This document shows positions 9,644 through 20,395 of a DNA stretch of 64,000 nt, piece after piece; position 1 is the first letter of the stretch; every line of letters begins with the position of its first letter. A program made the translations under genes and the position numbers. The stretch spans positions 32,001-96,000 of the IMG/VR virus record IMGVR_UViG_3300029305_002366; one strand, 5' to 3'. This DNA is from a virus (lineage: Duplodnaviria; Caudoviricetes). The notes below the pieces were generated by a model. That model was not told where the DNA came from and did no database searches. It worked only from the letters and a program-made list of their open reading frames with translations.

Positions 9644-11239
9644 TTACACATTTGGTTTGGGCTGACCATTTGAATTATTAGCTTGACTTTTAACAGTGTT
9701 GTCATTGGTAGGATTATCTTCCGTTGGTCTACCGCCCTTATCATCTTCTGTATTATTTACATCATTACCAGAGGTGTTATAAGAAGTTGCATTAACAGGA
9801 TATTTGTCCATGACTCCTTCTTCTAACTGTTCATCCAACATGGCGAAATATACTTCCTTTGATAAACCTGCACAATTAGCAAGATAAGCAAGCGAACCTC
9901 TACCGATTGTAAATAATTCTTTTGCGATATTAAAATATTTTTCCCTATTAAGATTGGTAATAGGAAGATAGTTAATTTCAACGTCAATATAATTAAGACC
10001 AAGTACATTATAATTAATAACTTTATTCAGTTCGGTTACAATTATATCAACCCATTCAAACACCTTTGCTGTAATCAATTCAAGATTTGTTTGTTGTGAT
10101 GCATAGTTAGCACCGTTACCATTCAATAAGGATATGGCGATACCTAAATCTGAACCAACATTTAGGTCAAGATTTGTTTCGTAGTCACTATCAAACAAAT
10201 CTGTATTAACATCTATACTTCCTATTTTTGTACCTGCGGCAACGGAAAAGAAAGTTGTTCCATTTCCCTTTCTTGTCTGCACAGCTTCTTTAACAGCATT
10301 ATGTTGCTGTTTCTGTTGTTCATTGCTCAAAGCCGAAGTACCTGCGGTCTTGCCCTCTGGAAATGTTTCGTAAATAATTTTATTATTTACCTTATCAAGT
10401 ACATTCCTTTTAGTATTTATAAAATCATCAGAGTAAAGAATATCCTTGATAGCCGAAAGCACAAGTGGTCTACCCCACGGTTCATCAAGATTAGAAGATA
10501 TTTTATGAACAATTGTTTTTGTATTGTCCAATATAAACATCTGGTTGGTATCTTTGTTTCCCTGTTTCCACTTGTTGTATGCTTGTGTAAACTCAGAAGG
10601 ATATCTTCTTAATCTGCTTTCTGCACTTTCATTGCCAAGATTAAAATAACTTAAATCAAACGCAACGACATAAGAATTATTTTTAGTTCCAATTATTCTA
10701 CAATAATCAGTAGGCAATGACTTAATAGACACGTTTAATTTAGCCAACTTTGGTTTTAACGCATTGACCTCTGATATACTATCGGCTTGGAATTGACTTA
10801 TAAACTTCTTTCTATCTTCTTTAGTTTTACCAGTATCAAGATAGTAAAAAGCCACACCGTCAATACATCCCTTTAGAATAGCATCTCTAACAAATTGTTT
10901 GTGTCTTATCTTCTTCATTGCATATCTAACAACTTCTTTGTTAATTTTAGAAGCTTTGTCATTGGCATAGCTTGTTACAATATAATCCAAAGTTGGAAGA
11001 ACCTTAATATAATCAAGAGCATTACGAACAATACCATCACTTGAATAGAATCTTCTTGATATCTTTCTTATAAGTTCATTATTGCTATCTATCATTGGCT
11101 CTTGAATCATACCAATAAGCTGTTCAATTTTATAATCGTATAGAATATTAAAATATGTAGCGGTAGTTACATCGTTATGATACCAATAGCTACACGCTTC
11201 ATAGTTTTTATTATCATAATTCTTTTGTATCTTAGCCAT
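9644..11239 (-). CDS. Portal protein
   Basis: 531 aa after terminase; EPWGRP motif; disordered C-terminal tail. Confidence 0.75.
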   Translation of the reverse strand: MAKIQKNYDNKNYEACSYWYHNDVTTATYFNILYDYKIEQLIGMIQEPMIDSNNELIRKISRRFYSSDGIVRNALDYIKVLPTLDYIVTSYANDKASKINKEVVRYAMKKIRHKQFVRDAILKGCIDGVAFYYLDTGKTKEDRKKFISQFQADSISEVNALKPKLAKLNVSIKSLPTDYCRIIGTKNNSYVVAFDLSYFNLGNESAESRLRRYPSEFTQAYNKWKQGNKDTNQMFILDNTKTIVHKISSNLDEPWGRPLVLSAIKDILYSDDFINTKRNVLDKVNNKIIYETFPEGKTAGTSALSNEQQKQQHNAVKEAVQTRKGNGTTFFSVAAGTKIGSIDVNTDLFDSDYETNLDLNVGSDLGIAISLLNGNGANYASQQTNLELITAKVFEWVDIIVTELNKVINYNVLGLNYIDVEINYLPITNLNREKYFNIAKELFTIGRGSLAYLANCAGLSKEVYFAMLDEQLEEGVMDKYPVNATSYNTSGNDVNNTEDDKGGRPTEDNPTNDNTVKSQANNSNGQPKPNV

Positions 11240-11258
11240 TTCGCCCTCCTTTCTTTGT

Positions 11259-13061
11259 TTAGTTTACAAGCGCAACAACTTCATATTGTGTATTAATTGA
11301 CATTAAATCTTGTTCTAATAAATCTGCAAAATAATTTGAATACGAAACAGAAGTATATCTATCCTTACGGTTAGCACCTCTCTCGCTTATAACAAGAACA
11401 CCTGTTTGTTCCTTCCTTTCACAAAGCAATCCATTTGTTTCTGCAATAAATTCCTGAGTTTCAAGATATGGCTTTTCGTAAAACAATTGGTCATCAAGTT
11501 CAATCGCCTGATTGTATTCGTCAATCTTAGGTAACTGTTCTTCAAGAGCCTTATTATACGATATAAGTAAATCAATCTTATTATCCTGTAATGCCGTTTT
11601 CAAAGCCATTGCTATATCACTGTTCATCTTTTGTGAAGCTGTGATAACAAATATACATGGATTTGCGTTTGGTGTTTTAACTCTGTTTGCTATGCTATCA
11701 TCGTTCATACAGGTTAATGGCGAATATTCTATTTGTCTTTCTTCGTCATACATAACTTTTGCAAGACGGTCATAAACTGCAATACCTGCATTTCTTAGGT
11801 CAAGTACAATATAATCGGCATTAAAGTCCTCATACAATTGCCTAATACGAATTGCTTGCATATCAATGTCTCCACCTTGTACACTTTCAAGATAAGGGAA
11901 TTGTCTACGATATCCGTTATTAATTTCAATACTTTTATCAGCCAATGTGTGAGTTGTACTTTCTGGCAGTAACCTTGTGCAAGAGAAAATAGAATTATCA
12001 TTCTTCTCATTTTCTACAAAAGCCATATCACAAGCGACAACTCTAATTTCACCTTCTTGTTTTGGGATGGCAAATGGATTCTTTTTTCCCGATAAAACAT
12101 CTATTGTTTTTCTTGGATAGAAAGGTCTTACCAACCTTTGCTGTCTTGCAAGTTCCTGATAATTAAAAAACGCACCAGTATTTTCCTTAACTCTTTCATT
12201 AAGGTACTCAATGCGCCATGATAGGTTATCCAGTTTTCTCTTTTCTCTCCTAAGATAATTAAGAGTTTTAAGTTTATGTTCTATAACAACACTTAGGTCA
12301 AAAGCAAGAAGAATTTGTTTTCCATGTTTCATCATTTGACTAAAGGCTTCGTCTGCTATTTCCCACATCCAATGTCCATTGTCTAACCAAGAAGAAGTTA
12401 TATAAACATCTTTGGGTTCTTCAATGCATCCTTGTATATTAGTATAGAAAGCGTTTTTCATGTACTCAACATTTCTTACGTGTTGGAAAGGGGAGAATAC
12501 CGAATCATCTATTTCCTTTTTAATCATACGACTTTCTTCTCTAATGAGAAGTGTGCTTCGTTCACCTCTGGAATTACCTATCTTAATGGTACTTCCATTA
12601 TTAAAGAATACACAAAGGTTTCCATCAACTCGTCTAACTGCTTTTATTTCAGCACGTAACTGAGGGGAACTACGCATCAATTCACCTTGAATTTTCTTAG
12701 TTATAATTAATTCAGCTTGCTTGACAGTTGCACTAACTATAACAATCTCACTATGAGGATAGAGGATTGCGTGACAACATGAATACAGACCAATGATAAA
12801 TGACTTTGCTATACATCTTGAACCTACCGTATTAAATAAATCACATATACCAAGTAAATACATCATTAATGCTTGGTAAGGATATAATTTGATACCGAGA
12901 TAATCAATAGCACATCTATGCATATTTCTTCTAAAGAATGTTATCCATGCAATAGTATTCAAAACTCTTTTAGGACTACTAAGAAAATGAGTGGAAGGAA
13001 ACTGTTTGTATAATTGCATTTGGTTCTTATCGGCATAATCACTCAGTTTCATTTGCATCAC
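11259..13061 (-). CDS. Terminase large subunit
   Basis: LYPYQ, SRCIAKSF Walker-A-like, RGERS..LIREE Walker B, ACDMA and KDRYTS nuclease motifs. Confidence 0.9.
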   Translation of the reverse strand: MMQMKLSDYADKNQMQLYKQFPSTHFLSSPKRVLNTIAWITFFRRNMHRCAIDYLGIKLYPYQALMMYLLGICDLFNTVGSRCIAKSFIIGLYSCCHAILYPHSEIVIVSATVKQAELIITKKIQGELMRSSPQLRAEIKAVRRVDGNLCVFFNNGSTIKIGNSRGERSTLLIREESRMIKKEIDDSVFSPFQHVRNVEYMKNAFYTNIQGCIEEPKDVYITSSWLDNGHWMWEIADEAFSQMMKHGKQILLAFDLSVVIEHKLKTLNYLRREKRKLDNLSWRIEYLNERVKENTGAFFNYQELARQQRLVRPFYPRKTIDVLSGKKNPFAIPKQEGEIRVVACDMAFVENEKNDNSIFSCTRLLPESTTHTLADKSIEINNGYRRQFPYLESVQGGDIDMQAIRIRQLYEDFNADYIVLDLRNAGIAVYDRLAKVMYDEERQIEYSPLTCMNDDSIANRVKTPNANPCIFVITASQKMNSDIAMALKTALQDNKIDLLISYNKALEEQLPKIDEYNQAIELDDQLFYEKPYLETQEFIAETNGLLCERKEQTGVLVISERGANRKDRYTSVSYSNYFADLLEQDLMSINTQYEVVALVN

Positions 13062-14058
13062 CTATTTCATATACCTTATTAGCATGGAACATAAGATTCT
13101 CCAAAGGTCTTTCTACGTGTGTAGCAAAGTATTCGCCAAGCCCATCATAATCTTCATAAAGTTTTTTATCTTTATAAAATTCTTCTGGTGTATACTGGGA
13201 AATAATTTCGGCATTAACACCTAAAGGATTCTGTACACTTGTATCTTCTTCCTGTACAGTTTGCAAACCTGCCTGTTTAAATGTTTCCCTATACATCTTG
13301 ATACACTTTTCAAATGCGGCAATATCACTTTTCTTCTGTGCTTTAACTTGCATTAATTGAATTATACATAACTGTTTAATGAATATTTCCTGATTGTTGT
13401 CAGCGTTAGGATTTGTTCGTTTTAACATCTTGTAATGTTCTTCCAAGAAAATAATATCTTCTGGTGTATTACCTTGCCAACGTTCAAACATAACCTTACT
13501 GATTCTGCTACCATCATTATAATTGTCAAGGTCATCGTAAGAATCAATTCCACCTTGCTCACTTATTTCAGAAAGGTAAGTATCATAAGTTTTACCTGCG
13601 TTCTGTTGAAGGTTCAACTTACTTATATAGTTTGATATTCGTGAAGTATTTTCATCCTTCTTTACTGATTGTTCACAAGTGGATTCACTAAAGTAAATAT
13701 CAAACTTCATACAGATTCGCTTTATTGCGGCATCCTGTGAACCAAGCAATGCTGTATACTGGTCTAATAGAGAATCGACACAAGACTTGCAAACAGTTAC
13801 GTAATGATTATTACCATTATGAAGTACGCTTTCTGAGTGCATAAAATTTCCCTGTTGTTTCTTAAATCTCCTTCCGCAACAAGTACACTGATATGGGGCT
13901 TCAAGCATCCTTATTTCACTATCAGAAGCATTTATTTCCCTAAGTTTCTTTACTGTTTCCTCATCAAACTTCAACTCTTTAAGACCTGATTTGTTTAACT
14001 TTGTAAAAGTACCTTTGGCTTTAGTGCCACCACTTCCTTTAGGTCTACCTCTTGGCAT
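13039..14058 (-). CDS. Putative terminase small subunit
   Basis: Zn-finger ORF overlapping the TerL start, as in SPbeta-like phages. Confidence 0.55.
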   Translation of the reverse strand: MPRGRPKGSGGTKAKGTFTKLNKSGLKELKFDEETVKKLREINASDSEIRMLEAPYQCTCCGRRFKKQQGNFMHSESVLHNGNNHYVTVCKSCVDSLLDQYTALLGSQDAAIKRICMKFDIYFSESTCEQSVKKDENTSRISNYISKLNLQQNAGKTYDTYLSEISEQGGIDSYDDLDNYNDGSRISKVMFERWQGNTPEDIIFLEEHYKMLKRTNPNADNNQEIFIKQLCIIQLMQVKAQKKSDIAAFEKCIKMYRETFKQAGLQTVQEEDTSVQNPLGVNAEIISQYTPEEFYKDKKLYEDYDGLGEYFATHVERPLENLMFHANKVYEIGDANETE

Positions 14059-14070
14059 ATTATTCCTCCT

Positions 14071-14259
14071 TTAACTGGAAGTCTTGCCATAAAATCCACT
14101 ACATTTAACAACATAGTTTCCATTACAGTAGTTGACTTCCATATCTCTGTTTGATTCCTCACCACATTTGGGACAAATTTCATGAGGATTATATTCAGAT
14201 ATTTTCTTTTCAACCATAAATCTATTTTTACACTTAGGACATTTATAATAATATTCCAT
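14071..14259 (-). CDS. FmdB-like zinc ribbon protein
   Basis: YYYKCPKC...CPKCG...SGFY. Confidence 0.7.
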   Translation of the reverse strand: MEYYYKCPKCKNRFMVEKKISEYNPHEICPKCGEESNRDMEVNYCNGNYVVKCSGFYGKTSS

Positions 14260-14481
14260 TTTATTTCCCCTTATATTTTATTTGGTGCTGTCTTGTGTAT
14301 CGTTGCAACACTTAACGGCATAGCCCTCCAAGAGGGCAAGGAGGAAATATATTAATTTAGTAGTTGTCTTTAAATATATTTATAAATTTGTTTTTCACAT
14401 TTACGGCATTTGTAACATATTACCTTACCCATGCCACCATTAATCATGTGAGAATAATAAAATTGATATTCATGGTTACAC

Positions 14482-14730
14482 TTAATCCTTGATAACCACG
14501 TTCTGAAATTTCTTATAAGCATCAAGATACCATTCCTTCTTGTCACCGTTGTATGTAAGTTCATAGTACATTCCGTCAGGCAATGTGCTTGAAAGCAGAT
14601 ACTTCCAGTTCTGTAATGCCTTACACTTCCATACTGTGTATACCTCAAAACTTGCATTTGCTGTATAATCTGTAATATCAAGATGTTCTATAATATAATC
14701 TCTGACAATCTGTAATGCTCTTTCGTCCAT
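14482..14730 (-). CDS. DUF6275-like protein
   Basis: VWKCKALQNWK...DGMYYELTYNGDK..YLDAYKK. Confidence 0.7.
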   Translation of the reverse strand: MDERALQIVRDYIIEHLDITDYTANASFEVYTVWKCKALQNWKYLLSSTLPDGMYYELTYNGDKKEWYLDAYKKFQNVVIKD

Positions 14731-14758
14731 TAATTAAAATCTCCTTTATACTTATTGT

Positions 14759-14832
14759 TGGTTGCAGACCTACGAATCGAACGTAGAACAAAAGGGTATG
14801 AACCTTATATGATGCCATTTCACCAATCTGCC
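14759..14832 (-). tRNA. tRNA-Met(CAT), possibly initiator-like
   Basis: Cloverleaf, loop TTCATAC, TTCGATT T-loop, encoded CCA, 1:72 mismatch. Confidence 0.8.
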
Positions 14833-15047
14833 ATTTTGCTCCACAAAATTGCTTTTAATACAATAAAGTGGAGAAAATCGGTGTTATGATTCCCACACCG
14901 TAGGTAATTTGTAACTGCGGTTTTACGTTCCGCAAAACTCTTAGCTTGTGATTTTGCAGGACTTGTCCTGAGTATCTAACTACTGCAAGTGTACAGCGGT
15001 GAGAGGTTTTCATCTCACGTAATCTCCTAAAAGATTACCCTCTATTC

Positions 15048-15124
15048 TGGTGAGCGTAGGGAGATTTGAACTCGCCATTGCAACCTTGAAAGGGTTGTGT
15101 CCTTACCTATTAGACGATACACCC
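15048..15124 (-). tRNA. tRNA-Glu(TTC)
   Basis: CAACC-CTTTCAA-GGTTG anticodon arm, TTCAAAT T-loop, CCA. Confidence 0.85.
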
Positions 15125-15434
15125 ATAATGCGCACCTTTACATTGTACTGTAAAGGGTATAATGCGCAAGTATTGTAAGCACGAAAATCAAAGCGATACC
15201 TGTGCGCACAGACAACGCAATGCAAGAGATGCTTGCAAACTCTTTAGCTTGAAAGTTGACTGCAAAGAAACTAAGCGCAACGTAAACATTATGCTTACAA
15301 AGAAGCAGTCTAATTCTTTTATACTGGTGTAGATTACAACATCATTGCAGTTGCTCTCTGCATATGGGGCATCATCAAGCCCCATCTCATCTTTTATTAC
15401 TCGTTATGATTTGCAACGAGAACTATATAAACGG

Positions 15435-15869
15435 TTATACCGTTATAGTCTTTTTCTCAATTTTAAATGGTACAATATTCTTCTTGGGGATAGCATATCC
15501 CATAGCCTTTTCAATAGCATCTTCTTCAATGAAATATGCACTATCAATAAAACTATTTGCCTTGTCTGAATATATAACAGGTTCGCCAACAATAATAGAA
15601 TTATTATTATAAACTGTTATCATCATGTTTCCATCATGGTCTATCGCTGTCTTGATATCATCATCAAAATATTCTGCTGTCTCAATATCAGTAGCAAGCG
15701 ACTTGCCATTCAGAACTTTACCATTAAGATTTTCAATCACGCCTTGATAGTCTTTATAGTTAACTACAATGATTGCATGACCATTGTCCATTACAGTGAA
15801 AAGAAATTCTTCAATAAATTTGTCATAGGACTCATACTTTCGATAATTAGCATCAATCATTTGACTCAC
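15435..15869 (-). CDS. Hypothetical protein
   Basis: 144 aa ORF coupled to upstream gene. Confidence 0.6.
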   Translation of the reverse strand: MSQMIDANYRKYESYDKFIEEFLFTVMDNGHAIIVVNYKDYQGVIENLNGKVLNGKSLATDIETAEYFDDDIKTAIDHDGNMMITVYNNNSIIVGEPVIYSDKANSFIDSAYFIEEDAIEKAMGYAIPKKNIVPFKIEKKTITV

Positions 15870-16224
15870 CGCCTACAAGAATTATTTTATTGATTCCTTC
15901 ATTTTCAACAAGAAATTCCTCTGGTCTATGTGTGCCTATTGAGTTTTTATCAATAACATAAACACCTATTCCTCTGGCAATTCTTCCATCATCAAAATAA
16001 GCTTTCTGAATCCAGATAGTATTATCCTCGTCAAACGTAAGAAGAAATGCACCCTCATACCCATCCCACTCAGGGGATTCCAAATGTACACCTTCTATAA
16101 TAGTATCAGGCAACGCTATAAGCATCTTAGCAACTTCTCTTACATTTTCAAAATTTGACACATAAGTTACAACGTTATCATTATGTGACTTAATCATCTT
16201 CTTGAATATTTTCTTTGCTTTCAT
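15853..16224 (-). CDS. Hypothetical protein
   Basis: 123 aa ORF in operon. Confidence 0.6.
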   Translation of the reverse strand: MKAKKIFKKMIKSHNDNVVTYVSNFENVREVAKMLIALPDTIIEGVHLESPEWDGYEGAFLLTFDEDNTIWIQKAYFDDGRIARGIGVYVIDKNSIGTHRPEEFLVENEGINKIILVGGESND

Positions 16225-16537
16225 AATTGAAAGTCTCCTTTACAGCTTTAGTTAATTCCTTACCTGCCACAAAAACAGGACAGATTGTTGGTGGTTTAAT
16301 TACCTTTTCGCCACGCTTACTTGGGTTTGCGTATGCTTTTGAATTACGATGTTTTATTTTAAAAGTTCCAAAGCCACGAATATTTACGTCATTACCGCTG
16401 ACAAGAACATTTGTTATTGCTGTTGCAAAAACATCTATTAAAATTCCACATACTCTTTTATTTAAAAATTCACCATCTGTCACTTCTGCAAAGGCTTTCT
16501 GCATTTCATCAATCAATTGTTTTCTTTGCAGTTTCAT
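16190..16537 (-). CDS. HU-family DNA-binding protein
   Basis: VNIRGFGTFKI..R..ANP..GE..PVFVAGKELTKAV; start placed at MKLQRK. Confidence 0.85.
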   Translation of the reverse strand: MKLQRKQLIDEMQKAFAEVTDGEFLNKRVCGILIDVFATAITNVLVSGNDVNIRGFGTFKIKHRNSKAYANPSKRGEKVIKPPTICPVFVAGKELTKAVKETFNYESKENIQEDD

Positions 16538-16547
16538 AATATCATCC

Positions 16548-17729
16548 TTAATGTAATGTAACAGGATATATACATTCAATACCCTCATGGTTACATATAG
16601 CAACTGTCTGTGAGGGTTTACCTGTTAATCTCTTTTCAATAGTGTAATCATCTCCACTACCGCCAAAAGAACCTGACCTTATAAATTTAATATCAGAGAT
16701 ATCGTCCATAGCCGCAGAGTGCATATGACCACAGAATACTCCTGATGGTTTATACCCCATAGCAAGAACAAGATTTGCTAATCCCTGTTTATTGAATGGG
16801 TCATAGTCTCCATGTACCACCCAATACTTTTGACCACAAACATCAACTTCACCAAGACTTGTATCTTTGTTTTCTATATATTCAAAGTTGTCAAGATGGG
16901 AAAGTGATTTATTAACATACCAACCGATAAGTTTATCAAGACGTTCATCTTTAAGAGCGTCATCTTTCTTATCAATTCTTGAATGATTTCCAGACACATT
17001 AACAAATCTAACAGAAAAATTCTTACATAGTTCTCCTATAAACTCTGAAATATATTCAGAAGCAAGAATAATCTGTTCGATAACAGTTTCCCTATTTGTG
17101 ACCTGTATAGACTTATGGATAGAACCACTTATCAAATCACCAATTCCAAGAACCACGACATTATTAACGTTATGTCTTTTTCCAATAGACTTTACTTCCG
17201 AACAATACTCCGCAAGTCTACGTTCTGCAATATCAGAATTATATTTACCCCACATACTATTGTATTCTGCGCCAATATGTAGGTCACTCAGACATACTAC
17301 CATTGTTTCATTACCATTTAATACAAAAGGGGAGTAGTTAGGATTAAACTTACGTCTACCTGTTTCTTCAATAACCTGTTCAAGATAATCAAGTTTCTGT
17401 TCAATTCTTGCATCGGCATAATTTTGTCTTTGCCATGCGTTACGTTCGTCACGAAACTGAATCTTTGCACGTTCAAGTTCACGCTTCTGAACATCAACCT
17501 CAGTTGTATCACCTGTGAAATCAGGGTCTATGTCTTTACAAGCTAACTTCATATCACAATATGACTGATATTTCTTTCGATACGTTGACTCATTATAATC
17601 TTTTTTTAGCCTTGTATTTAATATGTCTCTGATTTTATTCCAATCTCCCGTAAGGTCTTTACGAGAACATACATCAAATATTTCTCGCAATTCGGATTGA
17701 GTAAACTTTTTGTTAGCCGAGATTCCCAA
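16548..17729 (-). CDS. Calcineurin-like metallophosphoesterase
   Basis: SDLHIG, GDLI, GNH, VHGD, GHMH motifs. Confidence 0.85.
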   Translation of the reverse strand: MGISANKKFTQSELREIFDVCSRKDLTGDWNKIRDILNTRLKKDYNESTYRKKYQSYCDMKLACKDIDPDFTGDTTEVDVQKRELERAKIQFRDERNAWQRQNYADARIEQKLDYLEQVIEETGRRKFNPNYSPFVLNGNETMVVCLSDLHIGAEYNSMWGKYNSDIAERRLAEYCSEVKSIGKRHNVNNVVVLGIGDLISGSIHKSIQVTNRETVIEQIILASEYISEFIGELCKNFSVRFVNVSGNHSRIDKKDDALKDERLDKLIGWYVNKSLSHLDNFEYIENKDTSLGEVDVCGQKYWVVHGDYDPFNKQGLANLVLAMGYKPSGVFCGHMHSAAMDDISDIKFIRSGSFGGSGDDYTIEKRLTGKPSQTVAICNHEGIECIYPVTLH

Positions 17730-17741
17730 TCATATTCCTCC

Positions 17742-17933
17742 TTATGCAAGGTCAATACTTTCGTTAACAGAAAGACTTACTTCACAATTATTAAATGCTT
17801 CAAGATACTCCGAAATAGGTGTTGCTTCACCATCTTCATTTACAATATAAATAATCTTCTCATCGGCATCAATATTAAGAACACCTTTGAGACTAACTGT
17901 TGTTTTCTTTGTTGCCATACTTGACTTACTCAT
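17742..17933 (-). CDS. yonK: YonK-like protein
   Basis: KKTTVSLKGVL..EVSLSVNE; GGAGG RBS before 17933; SPbeta-like gene order. Confidence 0.6.
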   Translation of the reverse strand: MSKSSMATKKTTVSLKGVLNIDADEKIIYIVNEDGEATPISEYLEAFNNCEVSLSVNESIDLA

Positions 17934-18131
17934 AGTTATATCCTCCAAATTTATTCCTTGTTTTAGTAATTCTGCGTTAATGTCAATGTGACCATACTTT
18001 CTTTTTAATTTGATGTTTTGTCCAATGAAAGGTTTATCATTTGGTATAGCATAAACAGCCATATAATCACCTACATATCGCATTATTTATTTTAATAGAT
18101 TTCTGCAAAATTAAATTAGTGCAGAATAATA

Positions 18132-19571
18132 TTAGAATGTTATTTTATCACCCATAACAGGTGTGTGAACCTTTGAAGTTTTATTTGCTGAACTCAATTC
18201 TTTACGAAGCAATTCTGCAAATTCTTTCTTGCCATCACTCTCGCTATGAACAAGATATATTTTGTTATAATTCATTGAAGTGTATCTTTCAAGCAACTCG
18301 CTTCTACAAGCGTGACTTGAAAATGAAACTAATTGCATTACATTGGCTCTACTTCTTATTTGTTCTCCGTCAATGTTTACGTATTTCTTACTGTGCTGAA
18401 TTTGATACGCAACGCTATCTTTGTCACCTGCATAGCCACATAACATAACTCTCGCATTTTCATTCGGTAATATAGATTTGAGCCATGAAACAATACGTCC
18501 ATTCTTTAAGAAATTGCTTGTACTAATTACTACTTGCGAGGTTTTTAACTTCTGCCATTCCTGAGAATTTTCAAAGCTATCAACCCATACAATGTTTTTC
18601 CAATTAATAACTCTTTTCCAAAGGTCATTATCCTTTTCAATTAACTTGTCCCATATGTCAGATACCTTTTTACCAAGTGGGGCATCAATAACAATTGGTG
18701 TCGCAAATGATTCATCATCACCGTATATCTTGTATAATGTAGTTAATATATCTTGTAAACGATTCAAAGAGAATGAACCAAACAAAACCTTTTGTGTATC
18801 ATATTGGCAACATTGGTCAACAACACATTTTATTTTTTCAATATCCTTATCTCTGTCTTTTTGTTTATGTGTCTTATGACTACCACCATAAGTACATTCA
18901 GCCAAGACAATATCAGAGTAGGGAAGTGGCTCATATGATAAGATATAATCTTTATCAATATCAGAACCAATATCTCCTGTGTATGATAATGTCTTTATAG
19001 TTTCACCAACCTTAAATGTCAAATGAATCTGTGCGGCATTTACAATATGACTGGCATGATAATATTTCAAAATCAAATCATCAAACAGAACAATATTTTC
19101 ACCGAATGGTAGTTCAACCAAATGCTCCATTGCAACTTCTATATCCTCTTGTGTATATAATGGAGTAGCTTTCATATCGTAACGCTTTTCTAATTTTACA
19201 CAATCACTTTCAAATATCTTCAAACTATCTTCCCACATAATTCGTGCAAGATATTTATTTCCTTTTGGAATATAAATATTACCCTTGTAACCTCTTGCAA
19301 AAAGATAAGGTACAATTCCTATGTGGTCTATGTGAGCGTGACTAATTATCACAGCATCAAGGTCAGCAAATGGGACTTTATAATTCCTATGATTGACCTT
19401 ATATTGTTTAAGGATATCATCAGACGAGGTTTGATAAAGACCTGTATCGAGAAGTATTTGTTTATCGTTGAATGTGACGAAGTACATACTTCCTGTTACT
19501 CCGTCACCACTCTTGCCAACTATTTCAATTTTAATCTTATCCTTGCTTTTAGCCATGAGGACATACCTCAC
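18132..19571 (-). CDS. MBL-fold/beta-CASP ribonuclease
   Basis: VTGS, HAHIDH, YTGDIG, ECTYG, FSSHA, LVHSE. Confidence 0.85.
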   Translation of the reverse strand: MRYVLMAKSKDKIKIEIVGKSGDGVTGSMYFVTFNDKQILLDTGLYQTSSDDILKQYKVNHRNYKVPFADLDAVIISHAHIDHIGIVPYLFARGYKGNIYIPKGNKYLARIMWEDSLKIFESDCVKLEKRYDMKATPLYTQEDIEVAMEHLVELPFGENIVLFDDLILKYYHASHIVNAAQIHLTFKVGETIKTLSYTGDIGSDIDKDYILSYEPLPYSDIVLAECTYGGSHKTHKQKDRDKDIEKIKCVVDQCCQYDTQKVLFGSFSLNRLQDILTTLYKIYGDDESFATPIVIDAPLGKKVSDIWDKLIEKDNDLWKRVINWKNIVWVDSFENSQEWQKLKTSQVVISTSNFLKNGRIVSWLKSILPNENARVMLCGYAGDKDSVAYQIQHSKKYVNIDGEQIRSRANVMQLVSFSSHACRSELLERYTSMNYNKIYLVHSESDGKKEFAELLRKELSSANKTSKVHTPVMGDKITF

Positions 19572-20326
19572 TTTTCAGAACATTCATGTTCATTACAACA
19601 GTCACAAGACATATCACTCATAAAAGAAAATATTTCTTCCATTTCAATATCCTTGCCAATGATACCATCGACCATCCCCATATCCACAAGGTCATCTGCA
19701 AAGAACCAACAATCATGCGGAGACATATCTTCAAGTTCCTTTACCGTAAATTTAGTTCTTGCCGCAATAGCCTTATTATATCTATTAGTCAGACGAGGGG
19801 AGAATTTAGCCCAATCCTGTGCCTTTGTTGTCGTAGATATAGGATTGTATTCATAACCATCATGTACCATAAATGTTGCATCTGCAACAGACAGCCTTGT
19901 ATGGCAAACCGCAAATACTCCAAAAGCCATGCTTGCACACATACCAAGACATACACCAATTACAGGAGTAATAGAACTCTGAATAGCGTTCACTAATGCC
20001 ATACCTATAATTGCATTGCCACCAGAACTATTTATTACTAAAGTAATAGGCACTCTCTCGTCCCTTGACTTACCAGAATCTTCTCCGTTTATCTTGCATA
20101 TTTGTAGAATAAGCGTATGGAGAACATCATCGTCTACTTCTCCATCAAGATAAAGAATCCTATCTGCCCTATCTTCAAGGTAAAGTCTTTCAGCCAGTCC
20201 GATGCTCATTATGGTTTGCATACCACTCTGCATTTCTACAAGTTGCTCAGGTGTGATTTCTACATATCCCTCTGGAATATTAGTTGTTTCTTCAATCTTT
20301 GTTTCTGGTTTCTTTTTGTTAGCCAT
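19568..20326 (-). CDS. clpP: ClpP-family protease
   Basis: INSSGG, CASMA (Ser), FMVHD (His), DCWF, GMVD. Confidence 0.8.
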   Translation of the reverse strand: MANKKKPETKIEETTNIPEGYVEITPEQLVEMQSGMQTIMSIGLAERLYLEDRADRILYLDGEVDDDVLHTLILQICKINGEDSGKSRDERVPITLVINSSGGNAIIGMALVNAIQSSITPVIGVCLGMCASMAFGVFAVCHTRLSVADATFMVHDGYEYNPISTTTKAQDWAKFSPRLTNRYNKAIAARTKFTVKELEDMSPHDCWFFADDLVDMGMVDGIIGKDIEMEEIFSFMSDMSCDCCNEHECSEK

Positions 20327-20395
20327 TAATATTTCCTCAATTCATTTAAGTTACTATCATTAAAGATAGCCCTCTGTGTATAACAGGGGATATTA

